From Pseudomonadota bacterium (GTDB taxonomy: Bacteria > Pseudomonadota > Alphaproteobacteria > Sphingomonadales > SMXR01): DNA of 64,000 nucleotides. The translations under genes and the position numbers were made by a program. Below, one piece after another: positions 24,969 to 33,365 of this stretch (positions within the stretch are counted from its first letter, which is position 1; each line of letters starts with the position of its first letter). Location: the NCBI GenBank assembly GCA_022574255.1, contig JACZSK010000006.1:811-64810 (forward strand). Direction: 5' to 3'. The notes below the pieces were generated by a model. The model saw nothing but the letters and a program-made list of their open reading frames with translations, was not told the origin of the DNA and searched no databases.

Positions 24969-25817
24969 CTATAGACGAGGCAGCCACGACATCGTGGCGG
25001 CAGCGAAAATTCCAACGCCCATGAAGGCGGTCAGGACAAAAAGGCCGGCCGCCATAGCGAACTTGCCAAACGCGCCGGCCCGATCCTGCGTGCGTATATA
25101 AAGCTCAAGAACGGCAAGGGGCAGAAGGTATTGGGCAAAAAACAAGAAAGTGAGGAACGGGCCCGTAAACGTCTTAAAATCGACACCGATGCCGCCGGTG
25201 AGGAAAACCCATAGCCACAATCCTACGCGGAAGAACCAAACGGCACTCACCACCATAAACAGGCGAAGGGCCCAGCGGCGATGCGTGACAATTTCGCGGG
25301 CAAGCGCATAACGCAAGACCATGGCGGCGCAGATAATAATCAGGACGGCGTCAAGGCTTATACCGATCTCTCCAACAGCGCCGCCGACGGTTCCACGGGT
25401 CCAGATCATATAGAGACCGGCAATGCTGGTCGCAACAGCGGTCAGCAAGTATATACGCCCATTCCAGTAATGAACGGACCGGACGCGGGTCTGGATTTGC
25501 GGAGTTAGCTGACGCGGTCCGTCACCGCTTATAATGGCGCCAAGAACAAGCTGAAGCGGTCCGCCAACCATTATGATTACGGCCAAGATAAGATGCATGG
25601 CCATGGCGAAATTGCCTGCGGAATCGCCGGGGATTTGCCTCAAGGCCTCCGAATCCCCTTGCGCGGCCGCTGCGCCATAGAAAAACATGACATAATAGAC
25701 GAAAATCCACTGACCGATGACGGCCACCAGGAACCAAAGTCGGGCTGCTGTTTTCAAGGCCTTGTCCGCAACCCTTACAGAATCACGGTGGGATAAATCG
25801 ATAACAAGGTCTGTCAT
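24969..25817 (-). CDS. hypothetical multi-pass integral membrane protein
   Basis: About 282 aa from ATG 25817 with about seven hydrophobic segments. No confident family assignment (possibly DUF2306-like). Confidence 0.5.
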   Translation of the reverse strand: MTDLVIDLSHRDSVRVADKALKTAARLWFLVAVIGQWIFVYYVMFFYGAAAAQGDSEALRQIPGDSAGNFAMAMHLILAVIIMVGGPLQLVLGAIISGDGPRQLTPQIQTRVRSVHYWNGRIYLLTAVATSIAGLYMIWTRGTVGGAVGEIGISLDAVLIIICAAMVLRYALAREIVTHRRWALRLFMVVSAVWFFRVGLWLWVFLTGGIGVDFKTFTGPFLTFLFFAQYLLPLAVLELYIRTQDRAGAFGKFAMAAGLFVLTAFMGVGIFAAATMSWLPRL

Positions 25818-25988
25818 GGCAATTTCTTCCTGTCGCTTTTTTATTGGTATTATATCAAACGTATATATATCATATTGATATATAGGACAGACGGGCAACC
25901 CCTGCAACTAAAATATACGCGCGCGGCCATTAGACGACAGTGTCACCCGAACGCCATTGCGCAAACTGCAGGTTCAATAATCGCCTCG

Positions 25989-26027
25989 CAATGTCCGCTT
26001 CCCGCCCAAAACAGACGCTTTTTTGCA
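25989..26027. repeat. REP-like imperfect hairpin element, copy 2
   Basis: CAATGTCCGCTTCCCGCCCAAAACAGACGCTTTTTTGCA, in the same orientation as copy 1. Confidence 0.6.
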
Positions 26028-26161
26028 ATCCCGCAGGCTTGATTCGCGCGCAAGCGCCGACAATCAACAGCGAAGCATGGCTTCCCCCGGTTGTTTTTAC
26101 GCAATATTATGGTTATCCACGGATATTCTTGTTTATCAGGCGAACAGGCGAGAACCATCCG

Positions 26162-27160
26162 ATGAAGCTGATAATCCAGATGCCCTGTTACAACGAAGAG
26201 GGCGCGCTGGCCGCGACGCTGGCGACGCTGCCCACTTCGATGGACGGCATCGACGTGATCGAGACCCTGATCATCGACGATGGCTCGACCGACCGCACGG
26301 TGGAAGTTGCCCGGGCTAACAATGTCGACCATATCATTCGCAACACCCACAACCTGGGTCTGGCCAGAACCTTTGCCGCCGGCATTGATGCGGCGCTGGC
26401 GCGGGGCGCCGATATCATCGTCAATCTGGATGCCGACACCCAGCATGACGGCGCCGATATTCCGGCGCTGGTGGCGCCCGTTCTGGCGGGCGAGGCGGAC
26501 GTCGCGGTGGGTGACCGGCAGATCATGAGCAGCGCCCATTATTCCTGGCTGAAGTCACAGCTGGAGCGCTTTGGCAGCTATGTGGTGCGGCGCTTTTCGG
26601 GAACCGACGTGGCCGACGCGGTCTGCGGATTTCGCGCCATTTCGCGCAACGCCGCCCAGCAACTGAATATCGTTTCAGACTTCAGCTATACCATTGAAAT
26701 GCTCATTCAATGCGGGCGGCTGAAGCTGAAGGTGGTGTCGGTGCCGATCCGCTCGAACCCGCCGAGCCGCGACAGCCGGCTGGCTAAATCGATCGGACAT
26801 TTTATCCGCAACTCGGTGCAGACCATCCTGCGCATCTACACCATGTATTATCCGCTCAAGGTTTTTGCCACCATCGGCATCATATTACTCTCCATCGGCG
26901 CCCTGCCCTTCATTCGCCTGACCTATCATTTTTTCATCGGCGTGGTCAGCGGCCATCTGCCGTCGCTGGTGTTCGGCGCGGTGCTGGTCATCCTTGGTTT
27001 CCTGACGTTGATGTTCGGCATCATCGCCGACCTGATCAGCTATAACCGCCAACTGGTGGAGCGCACCCTGTTGCGCGTAAGGCAGCTTGAGAATGGCAAA
27101 ACCGATGACCACAGCAAGGCCCGGGCGCCCAGGGATGTGAAACTGCGGGAATCGGCATGA
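26162..27160 (+). CDS. family 2 glycosyltransferase with C-terminal TM helices (polyprenyl-phosphate sugar synthase-like, ArnC/GtrB type)
   Basis: GT-A signature (QMPCYNEE, IIDDGSTD, NLDAD) followed by two C-terminal hydrophobic helices. Start at internal ATG 26162. Confidence 0.8.
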   Translation: MKLIIQMPCYNEEGALAATLATLPTSMDGIDVIETLIIDDGSTDRTVEVARANNVDHIIRNTHNLGLARTFAAGIDAALARGADIIVNLDADTQHDGADIPALVAPVLAGEADVAVGDRQIMSSAHYSWLKSQLERFGSYVVRRFSGTDVADAVCGFRAISRNAAQQLNIVSDFSYTIEMLIQCGRLKLKVVSVPIRSNPPSRDSRLAKSIGHFIRNSVQTILRIYTMYYPLKVFATIGIILLSIGALPFIRLTYHFFIGVVSGHLPSLVFGAVLVILGFLTLMFGIIADLISYNRQLVERTLLRVRQLENGKTDDHSKARAPRDVKLRESA

Positions 27161-28953
27161 GTGAAGCCCCTGGCTCCGGGGCCGGGGCGGCAGCGGCGGC
27201 AACCGGCCGGACGCCCCCCCTGACGCCACTGACGCCCCCCCTGACGCCACTGGACAAGATGTTGCTCGCCATCGCCGGCTTTCTTTTCGCCTTCACCGCC
27301 TGGTACGCCAGCATCGCGAACATTAACTGGGATGAGTTTTTCTTCCTCTCGCACATCTACTCGGTTGCCCGCGGCGAGGCCATCCAGATCCTGCAGACTT
27401 TTTATGTGCGGCTTTTCGCCTGGCTGCCCGGCCTTGGCGGCAATGAGATTTCCCAGATCATGGTGGCCCGGGGGCTGTTTGTCCTGCTGCTCGGGCTGGC
27501 GATGTATTTCCTTTACCGCATCTCGGAGAGCTTCTTCTCGCGCACGGCGGCATTGTTTGCCGTCGCCCTCAGCCTGAGCGTGACCAACATAATCAACCAC
27601 GGGCCCAGCTTTCGTTTCGATACGCTGACCCTGGTTTTGGTTCTGTTCACGCTGTTTGCCCTGCTGAAAAAAGACCTGCGCTGGTGGCTGGCGGCAGGGA
27701 TATCAACGGCGCTGGCCATGCTGGTGACCGTCAAGACGGTTTTTTTCCTGCCCGCCATCCTGGCTTTCGCCCTGCACGCGGCTGCGCAGGAAAAATGGTC
27801 ACGCGCCTTCATCACGCGCGCTGTTGTTTCCTCCCTAACCGCCGGTGTCGTTTTTGGCGGGCTTTTCCTGCTGCATCTGTTGCTGATGGGGCCTGGCATC
27901 CTGGGTGGCGCCGCGGAAGCCGGCGAAATGCTCGCCGCTTCCGGTGGCAAGATGCTTGGCGCCGGTGTCCTGGTGCCGCGCCTGCCGACGCTGTTGAATT
28001 CCCTGATAGAGAATCCGGCGCAATGGCTGGTGGTGCTCGCGGGCGTGCTCATGGCACTGCTTGCGCTGCGCCGCCGGGGCCGGCGGCCGGGCGAATGGGG
28101 CCGGGCAGCGGTGGTTCTGGCACTGGCGCTGCCGCTTTTCACACCGCTTATCTATCGCAACGCCTTCGCCTACTTTTACGTCATGATCATTCCGCCCGCC
28201 GCCATCGCCACCGGCTATTTCGTCGAGGCCTACCGCGAACGGGCTGAACGGTCGGGAGGCGGCAGCGCAAAACTACTGATTCTGGCGCCTTTGCTCATCG
28301 CCCTGCTGCTGAACGCCGGGCGTTACAGCAGCCGCCTGGGGGACCAGCGCGTGGCGCAGATTGAAACCATTCAACTGGTGCATGCGCTGTTCCCTGAACC
28401 CGTTCCCTATATCGACCGCAATGCCATGATCTCCAGTTTCCCCAAGGCCGGGTTTTTCATGAGCAGCTGGGGCGTCGAAAATTACCGCGATGTGGGCCAG
28501 CCGGTGATGAAGGCGCTTCTGCGCCAGGAGGCCCCCGTGTTCCTGCTGGCAAATACGATATTGCTGGACCTGGAGAACGATGGCGGTAGAGATGTGTTGG
28601 ATGAACGCCGCCTGTTGCTGGGTGAGGATTTCGCGACCCTGGAGGAAAATTTCATTCACTTCTGGGGAATTATCTATCTGGCGGGAAAAAGGTTTGATTT
28701 TGCCGGCAGCGCGTCCCGATCATTCGAGATTTTGATCCCCGGTCCCTATACGCTGGAGACTTCGGGGGAGGCAGCCGGCGGGGCGACCATTGATGGCGCC
28801 CTGGTCGAGCCGGGCATGGTCATTGATCTGGCCCGGGGGAAACATTTGATCGAGGCAAGCCCGGGGCTTGGGCAGGCGTTGCTGGTTTACGGCGACAACC
28901 CCGAGAGGCCAAAATCAGCGCCCAGCACGCAGCCTATCTATACGGGGCTGTGA
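27157..28953 (+). CDS. GT-C fold membrane glycosyltransferase (ArnT/PMT-like), polytopic with a C-terminal soluble domain
   Basis: 598 aa with many TM segments, acidic motif NWDEFFF in the first loop, and ATGA overlap with the GT2 gene. The family call is inferred from architecture. Confidence 0.55.
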   Translation: MSEAPGSGAGAAAAATGRTPPLTPLTPPLTPLDKMLLAIAGFLFAFTAWYASIANINWDEFFFLSHIYSVARGEAIQILQTFYVRLFAWLPGLGGNEISQIMVARGLFVLLLGLAMYFLYRISESFFSRTAALFAVALSLSVTNIINHGPSFRFDTLTLVLVLFTLFALLKKDLRWWLAAGISTALAMLVTVKTVFFLPAILAFALHAAAQEKWSRAFITRAVVSSLTAGVVFGGLFLLHLLLMGPGILGGAAEAGEMLAASGGKMLGAGVLVPRLPTLLNSLIENPAQWLVVLAGVLMALLALRRRGRRPGEWGRAAVVLALALPLFTPLIYRNAFAYFYVMIIPPAAIATGYFVEAYRERAERSGGGSAKLLILAPLLIALLLNAGRYSSRLGDQRVAQIETIQLVHALFPEPVPYIDRNAMISSFPKAGFFMSSWGVENYRDVGQPVMKALLRQEAPVFLLANTILLDLENDGGRDVLDERRLLLGEDFATLEENFIHFWGIIYLAGKRFDFAGSASRSFEILIPGPYTLETSGEAAGGATIDGALVEPGMVIDLARGKHLIEASPGLGQALLVYGDNPERPKSAPSTQPIYTGL

Positions 28954-28970
28954 GGATATGAGTTGAGAAC

Positions 28971-30146
28971 ATGACCGATTCAACACAGCAACGGGCCGAC
29001 CCAGAGGCGGGCGATGCCGGATACAGGGGGCCGGCGATTGACGTTTTTATCGGCACCAAGGCGCAATATATCAAGACAGCGCCGCTGATGCGGTTGATGC
29101 AGGCGCGCGGTGTTCCCTACCGCCTGATAGACTCCGGGCAGCATGCCGATCTCACCATCGGCCTGCGAAAAGAACTCGGGGTAAAGGAACCGGATGTACT
29201 TCTGGGCAGCGGTGAGTCCATCGAGACGCTGGCCAGCGGCATCGCTTGGCTGATCAGGTATTTTGCCCTCGCCCTGTTCAGGCCGCGGCAGATGGCCGCT
29301 CGGTTTTTTTCTCCGTCACCGGGCTATTGCGTTGTTCACGGCGACACTTCAACCACGCTTCTCTCGCTGTTCATGGCCAAGCGCGCTGGAAAAAAGGTCG
29401 TGCATATCGAGGCCGGCCTGCGCTCTTTCAATCTGTTCCGACCCTTTCCCGAAGAATTGATCCGCATCATTTGCATGCGCTACTCGGACCTTCTGTTTGC
29501 CCCCTCTGCGTGGGCCCACAAAAACCTCATGGCCATGAAGGCGAAGGGCCGGGCGCGGGGCCAGGCTATTGATCTCGGACAGAACACCAATGTTGAGGCC
29601 GTGGCCTATGCCCTGGGCCGGTCTGAAGAGAAAAGCCCGGGCCAAGCGAGGCCCTATTGCGTGATCACCATCCACAGGCTCGAGACAATATTCCGTAAGG
29701 CCCGCCTTTTGTTTGTCATCGATCTTCTGGAGCGCATTTCGGCGTCGCGGCGCATCCTGTTCGTCATGCATGGGCCGACGCGGCGCGTGCTGGAGAGGAA
29801 TGGGCTGCTGGCCCGCCTTGAGGCAATTGAGGGCCTGGAAATTCTGCCGCTGCAATCGCATGCTGACTTTCTGAAAATACTTGATGGCGCCGAATTCGCG
29901 ATTACCGACGGCGGCAGCATACAAGAGGAATCGCACTATCTGAACACGCCCTGCCTGATCATGCGTAGCGAGACCGAGCGCATGGAGGGCGTGGGATCGA
30001 ATGTCTGTCTGGCCGGATTTAATGCCGATCTGATCGACGGGTTTCTGGGCGATCTGGACCGTTACCGGTGCGGCTTGAAGACCCTGAACGCCGAGCCGTC
30101 AAAAATCATTCTTGATACACTGCTGACCACTCCACTTGCCTCTTGA
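28971..30146 (+). CDS. UDP-N-acetylglucosamine 2-epimerase (WecB)-like protein, divergent
   Basis: VVHGDTSTTL ... HIEAGLRSFNLFRPFPEE region parallels the WecB core. The N-terminus is atypical. Confidence 0.65.
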   Translation: MTDSTQQRADPEAGDAGYRGPAIDVFIGTKAQYIKTAPLMRLMQARGVPYRLIDSGQHADLTIGLRKELGVKEPDVLLGSGESIETLASGIAWLIRYFALALFRPRQMAARFFSPSPGYCVVHGDTSTTLLSLFMAKRAGKKVVHIEAGLRSFNLFRPFPEELIRIICMRYSDLLFAPSAWAHKNLMAMKAKGRARGQAIDLGQNTNVEAVAYALGRSEEKSPGQARPYCVITIHRLETIFRKARLLFVIDLLERISASRRILFVMHGPTRRVLERNGLLARLEAIEGLEILPLQSHADFLKILDGAEFAITDGGSIQEESHYLNTPCLIMRSETERMEGVGSNVCLAGFNADLIDGFLGDLDRYRCGLKTLNAEPSKIILDTLLTTPLAS

Positions 30147-30216
30147 AGCCGGCGATGTCCGGAAAATTTCTTCAGGATTACATTTTTTTCTGCCGAAAAT
30201 CTGCCGGAGACGCACA

Positions 30217-31482
30217 ATGACAGGATCGCGGAAAAAAAAGGCCAAGAGCCAAAAGAAGGGCAATGTCTGTCTGGTCACGTCCTCCTTTCCGCGCTGGCCG
30301 GATGACGAGGTTTCCGGCTTTGTGCTGGATCTGGCCGTCGATCTGATGGCGGAAGGCTGGCGGGTGGACGTGTTGGCGCCCCATTGCAAAGGCGCCGCCC
30401 GCAAAGAAGAGATGCGCGGCGTGTCGGTTATCCGTTTCCGCTATCTCTGGCCCGAAGCGCTTGAAACGCTGGCTTACGGCGAAGGCGGCGCCATCCATGC
30501 CCTGCGCCGCCGGCCCTGGAATATCCTCAAGTTGCCGTTCTTTCTGATCGCCCAGATGATCGCGCTCTATCGCCTGGTGCGGCGGCGCGAAATCGACGTG
30601 ATCAACAGCCACTGGCTGCTGCCGCAGGGCCTGACAGCGGGCATCGTCGCGGGCCTGACCGGTATACCCCATGTCGCGACCGCCCACGGCGGCGACGTGC
30701 TGGGGTTGCAGTCGGGGATTTTCGCCGCAGCCAAACGCATGGCGCTGGCCCGGGCACGGGTGGTAACGGTGAACAGCAATGTCACCGAAGCCGCGGTGTG
30801 GTCGCTGACCCGCGATCGCCTTCCAATCCTGCGTATTCCCCTGGGCGCCAGCCAGACACCGGTGCCCAGACCCGCCAGACTGGTGGAGTTGCGTGATCGC
30901 TACACGCCCGCCGGGGGCCCTTTGCTGTTGTTCGTCGGTCGGTTGATCCCCGAGAAGGGCTGCAGCGACCTGTTGGCGGCGGTCTCGGTAATTGCCAGGA
31001 CGCACCCCGATATGCGCCTTCTGATTGCCGGCGATGGACCGGAAAAAGCCGCGCTGGAGGCCAGGACCCTGGTCCTGAACGTCGAGCGGCAAGTGGTCTT
31101 TCTCGGCTGGCTGCCGCGCGACGAACTGGCCGATATTTATCATGCGGCGGATATTTTCGTGGCGGCGCCGACCAGGGTGGTCGGCGGCGCGGTCGAGGCA
31201 TTCGGTCTGGTATTCGTAGAGGCCGCACTGGCCGGACTGCCCACCGTCTCCACCCATTCCGGTGGCATCGGGGATGTGGTGGTGGACGGCGAAACCGGGT
31301 TCCTGGTCGGCGAGGGAGCATACGGGGACCTTGCGGCCGCGGTGGTGTATTTGCTCGAAAACCCCGACCGCAGCGCGCAGATGGGCGGCGCCGCCCGCGA
31401 GCGCGCCGAGGCCCATTTCACCCGTGGGCGGGCGGCAAAGGCCTTTTCGGATCTGTTCGCGGAAGTTCGCAAAAAATCATGA
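30217..31482 (+). CDS. family 4 (GT-B) glycosyltransferase
   Basis: EX7E-type C-terminal motif region (EAFGLVFVEAALAGLPTVSTHSGGIGDVVVDGETGFLV). Start at internal ATG 30217. Confidence 0.85.
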   Translation: MTGSRKKKAKSQKKGNVCLVTSSFPRWPDDEVSGFVLDLAVDLMAEGWRVDVLAPHCKGAARKEEMRGVSVIRFRYLWPEALETLAYGEGGAIHALRRRPWNILKLPFFLIAQMIALYRLVRRREIDVINSHWLLPQGLTAGIVAGLTGIPHVATAHGGDVLGLQSGIFAAAKRMALARARVVTVNSNVTEAAVWSLTRDRLPILRIPLGASQTPVPRPARLVELRDRYTPAGGPLLLFVGRLIPEKGCSDLLAAVSVIARTHPDMRLLIAGDGPEKAALEARTLVLNVERQVVFLGWLPRDELADIYHAADIFVAAPTRVVGGAVEAFGLVFVEAALAGLPTVSTHSGGIGDVVVDGETGFLVGEGAYGDLAAAVVYLLENPDRSAQMGGAARERAEAHFTRGRAAKAFSDLFAEVRKKS

Positions 31483-31486
31483 TTTC

Positions 31487-32188
31487 TCAGCCATGACACC
31501 GGCTAAACAGGTAGAAATCTGCGGTTGAAGTGGGATCAGGATCGGCGGGATCCCAAGGATAGGGATTCTCTATTTTCCGCGCGAGCTGCCATTCTGTGGC
31601 ATTTTCTTTTATCCAGTTGGTGAAATTGCGATGTCGCACATGCGGCGCTGTTTTCCCGCCAGAGTCTGCGCTATTTGAAGAATATATGATGACGTAGCGC
31701 GAAGCCGCAGCAAAAAGACGCTGCATGTATTCCTCGAAAACTTCATCCTCGATCAGATGGTAGAGCACATCCAGCGACAACGCCAGATCGTAAGGACCGG
31801 CGAAAGCTTCGGCCTTGGACAGGTGATGAAATTGTTTGCTGGAATCTTCGGTGAAGCGTTCGCGACAAGTCGTCAGGATGGTCTCGGATACATCTACACC
31901 GGTGTAATCGGGGAAATCGCAGAGATCCAGCTGATCGCCGTCACCACAGCCGAACTCGACGACACTCTTCACGTCGTTCTCCGCGACAAAGCTGTTCAGC
32001 ACCTGCGCCTTGAACGCAGCCAGTCTGCCAACCGAACCGGTGCCTGACGTGCCACCCCTGGCATAGCGCTGTTCCCAATAATCGCCGGACGCAGGCGAAA
32101 AGAGCCTGGACACGGCTACATAGAGAGGCGTCAAAAGCCGTCGCAACCAAGAAACATGGGCCAGCCAGTCTCGCAGCAGCGACCTCAT
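31487..32188 (-). CDS. class I SAM-dependent methyltransferase
   Basis: VVEFGCGDGDQL motif I. Start at ATG 32188 overlaps the upstream gene's stop (ATGA). Confidence 0.7.
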   Translation of the reverse strand: MRSLLRDWLAHVSWLRRLLTPLYVAVSRLFSPASGDYWEQRYARGGTSGTGSVGRLAAFKAQVLNSFVAENDVKSVVEFGCGDGDQLDLCDFPDYTGVDVSETILTTCRERFTEDSSKQFHHLSKAEAFAGPYDLALSLDVLYHLIEDEVFEEYMQRLFAAASRYVIIYSSNSADSGGKTAPHVRHRNFTNWIKENATEWQLARKIENPYPWDPADPDPTSTADFYLFSRCHG

Positions 32189-33207
32189 GGCGAGTTGCTC
32201 TCCGTCGCTTTTTTCGTGTCCATAGTAATTTTCTCGGCGTTGCGCCGGTAAGCCAGCCACAGGCCGACCGGCAGCAGCACAATCAGTTCGGTCAGTCGCA
32301 GGAGGGACGCCGCCAAAAATCCGAGCGCGGCAGGCACACCGACAACCAACGCCAAAAGCGCTGATGTGCCCTCGCGGATACCGAAGCCGGCCGGAATAAT
32401 GGTGACCGTGGAGCCCGCCACGCTGGCCAGAACAAATATATACGCCCCGGCCAGGCCGATCCCGGCATCTACGGCCAACAGCGCCAGATACATGCGCATG
32501 CCGTCCCACACGACAAGCACGACCTTCAGCGCGAATGCCACAAAGGTCCGCTTCCTGCTGGCGCTGATCTTCAGGCTGGCAACAATGCTGATGCCGGTGA
32601 GCGCGGTGCCAACAGCCAGTAACAGCCAGCCCGCCAGCCGATCGCCCATCAGTATAAGCGGCAGAGAGCCCACCATGAACGCGACGCCGATCCAGGCCAG
32701 GCTCATGAGGAAAATTACCATTGTTCCTTCGCGCAATGTCGATCCCGCCAGCTTCAGACCGGCAATCCGGGTTATGGCACCACCGGGCACCGGCAACAGG
32801 TTGGCCACCGAACCAACCGTGGTGACCTCAAGCGCCGCCCGAAAAGTGATCCGGCGGTCCAGCAGCCGCGCGGTCGCCTGAAACTCAAGACTGTTGATCA
32901 GGATGGTCACCGGGATTCCCACCAATAACAAGACCAGCGCCGGGGTCCATTTCACGCGTTGCAGGATATCCGGCTGGACGCTGAAGGCGAGAACGATGCC
33001 ACCTAGGAGCAACGCCACTATTACCAGCAGGAAGATAGATTTTGAGCGGCCTGAGAGGTGGCTGCCAGTCTTGATAAAGGCTTCGACGCGACGGACTATT
33101 CCAATCAGGGCGCTGGGGACACTGACGGCATTGGGGCCACCGGCCCCACCCTGTTCGTCCTGCCGTTGATATTGATCTGACACCAAACGCGGTTCCTGCA
33201 TTACCAT
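32185..33207 (-). CDS. flippase-like membrane protein (lysyl-PG synthase TM region / UPF0104-like)
   Basis: 340 aa with about eight TM helices. The pattern resembles the MprF flippase-domain family as recalled. Confidence 0.55.
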   Translation of the reverse strand: MVMQEPRLVSDQYQRQDEQGGAGGPNAVSVPSALIGIVRRVEAFIKTGSHLSGRSKSIFLLVIVALLLGGIVLAFSVQPDILQRVKWTPALVLLLVGIPVTILINSLEFQATARLLDRRITFRAALEVTTVGSVANLLPVPGGAITRIAGLKLAGSTLREGTMVIFLMSLAWIGVAFMVGSLPLILMGDRLAGWLLLAVGTALTGISIVASLKISASRKRTFVAFALKVVLVVWDGMRMYLALLAVDAGIGLAGAYIFVLASVAGSTVTIIPAGFGIREGTSALLALVVGVPAALGFLAASLLRLTELIVLLPVGLWLAYRRNAEKITMDTKKATESNSP

Positions 33208-33365
33208 CGGCGGCGAAAAACGCTGCCGTCATGGCGCAGCCATTATGCCCATGATCGCCAAGATGGCAATCGATCAAAGCTCAGGATGTGCTGCTGCTGG
33301 TCAGTGACCTGTTTTTCATTGGATTCATGCTGGATTCGCCGCCAGCGCCACCCTATTCTCCGGCC

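Noticed and set aside
26113-26121. Replication origin suggested by the DnaA-box-like TTATCCAC in an AT-rich gap
   Set aside because: It is a single box with no cluster of boxes, and none of the usual origin-flanking genes (for example hemE, parAB, dnaA, dnaN) lies nearby.
30178-31416. 412-aa ORF on the - strand
   Set aside because: It is antisense to the GT4 glycosyltransferase, which has a clear EX7E region. No domain is recognised on the antisense frame.
24689-33207. Genomic island integrated at tRNA-Gly carrying the glycosylation cluster
   Set aside because: The cluster lies on the 5' side of the tRNA, whereas integrative elements normally target the 3' end. No integrase is present, and no duplicated tRNA 3' segment was found at a distal boundary. 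Only the small REP-like repeats around one gene were seen.
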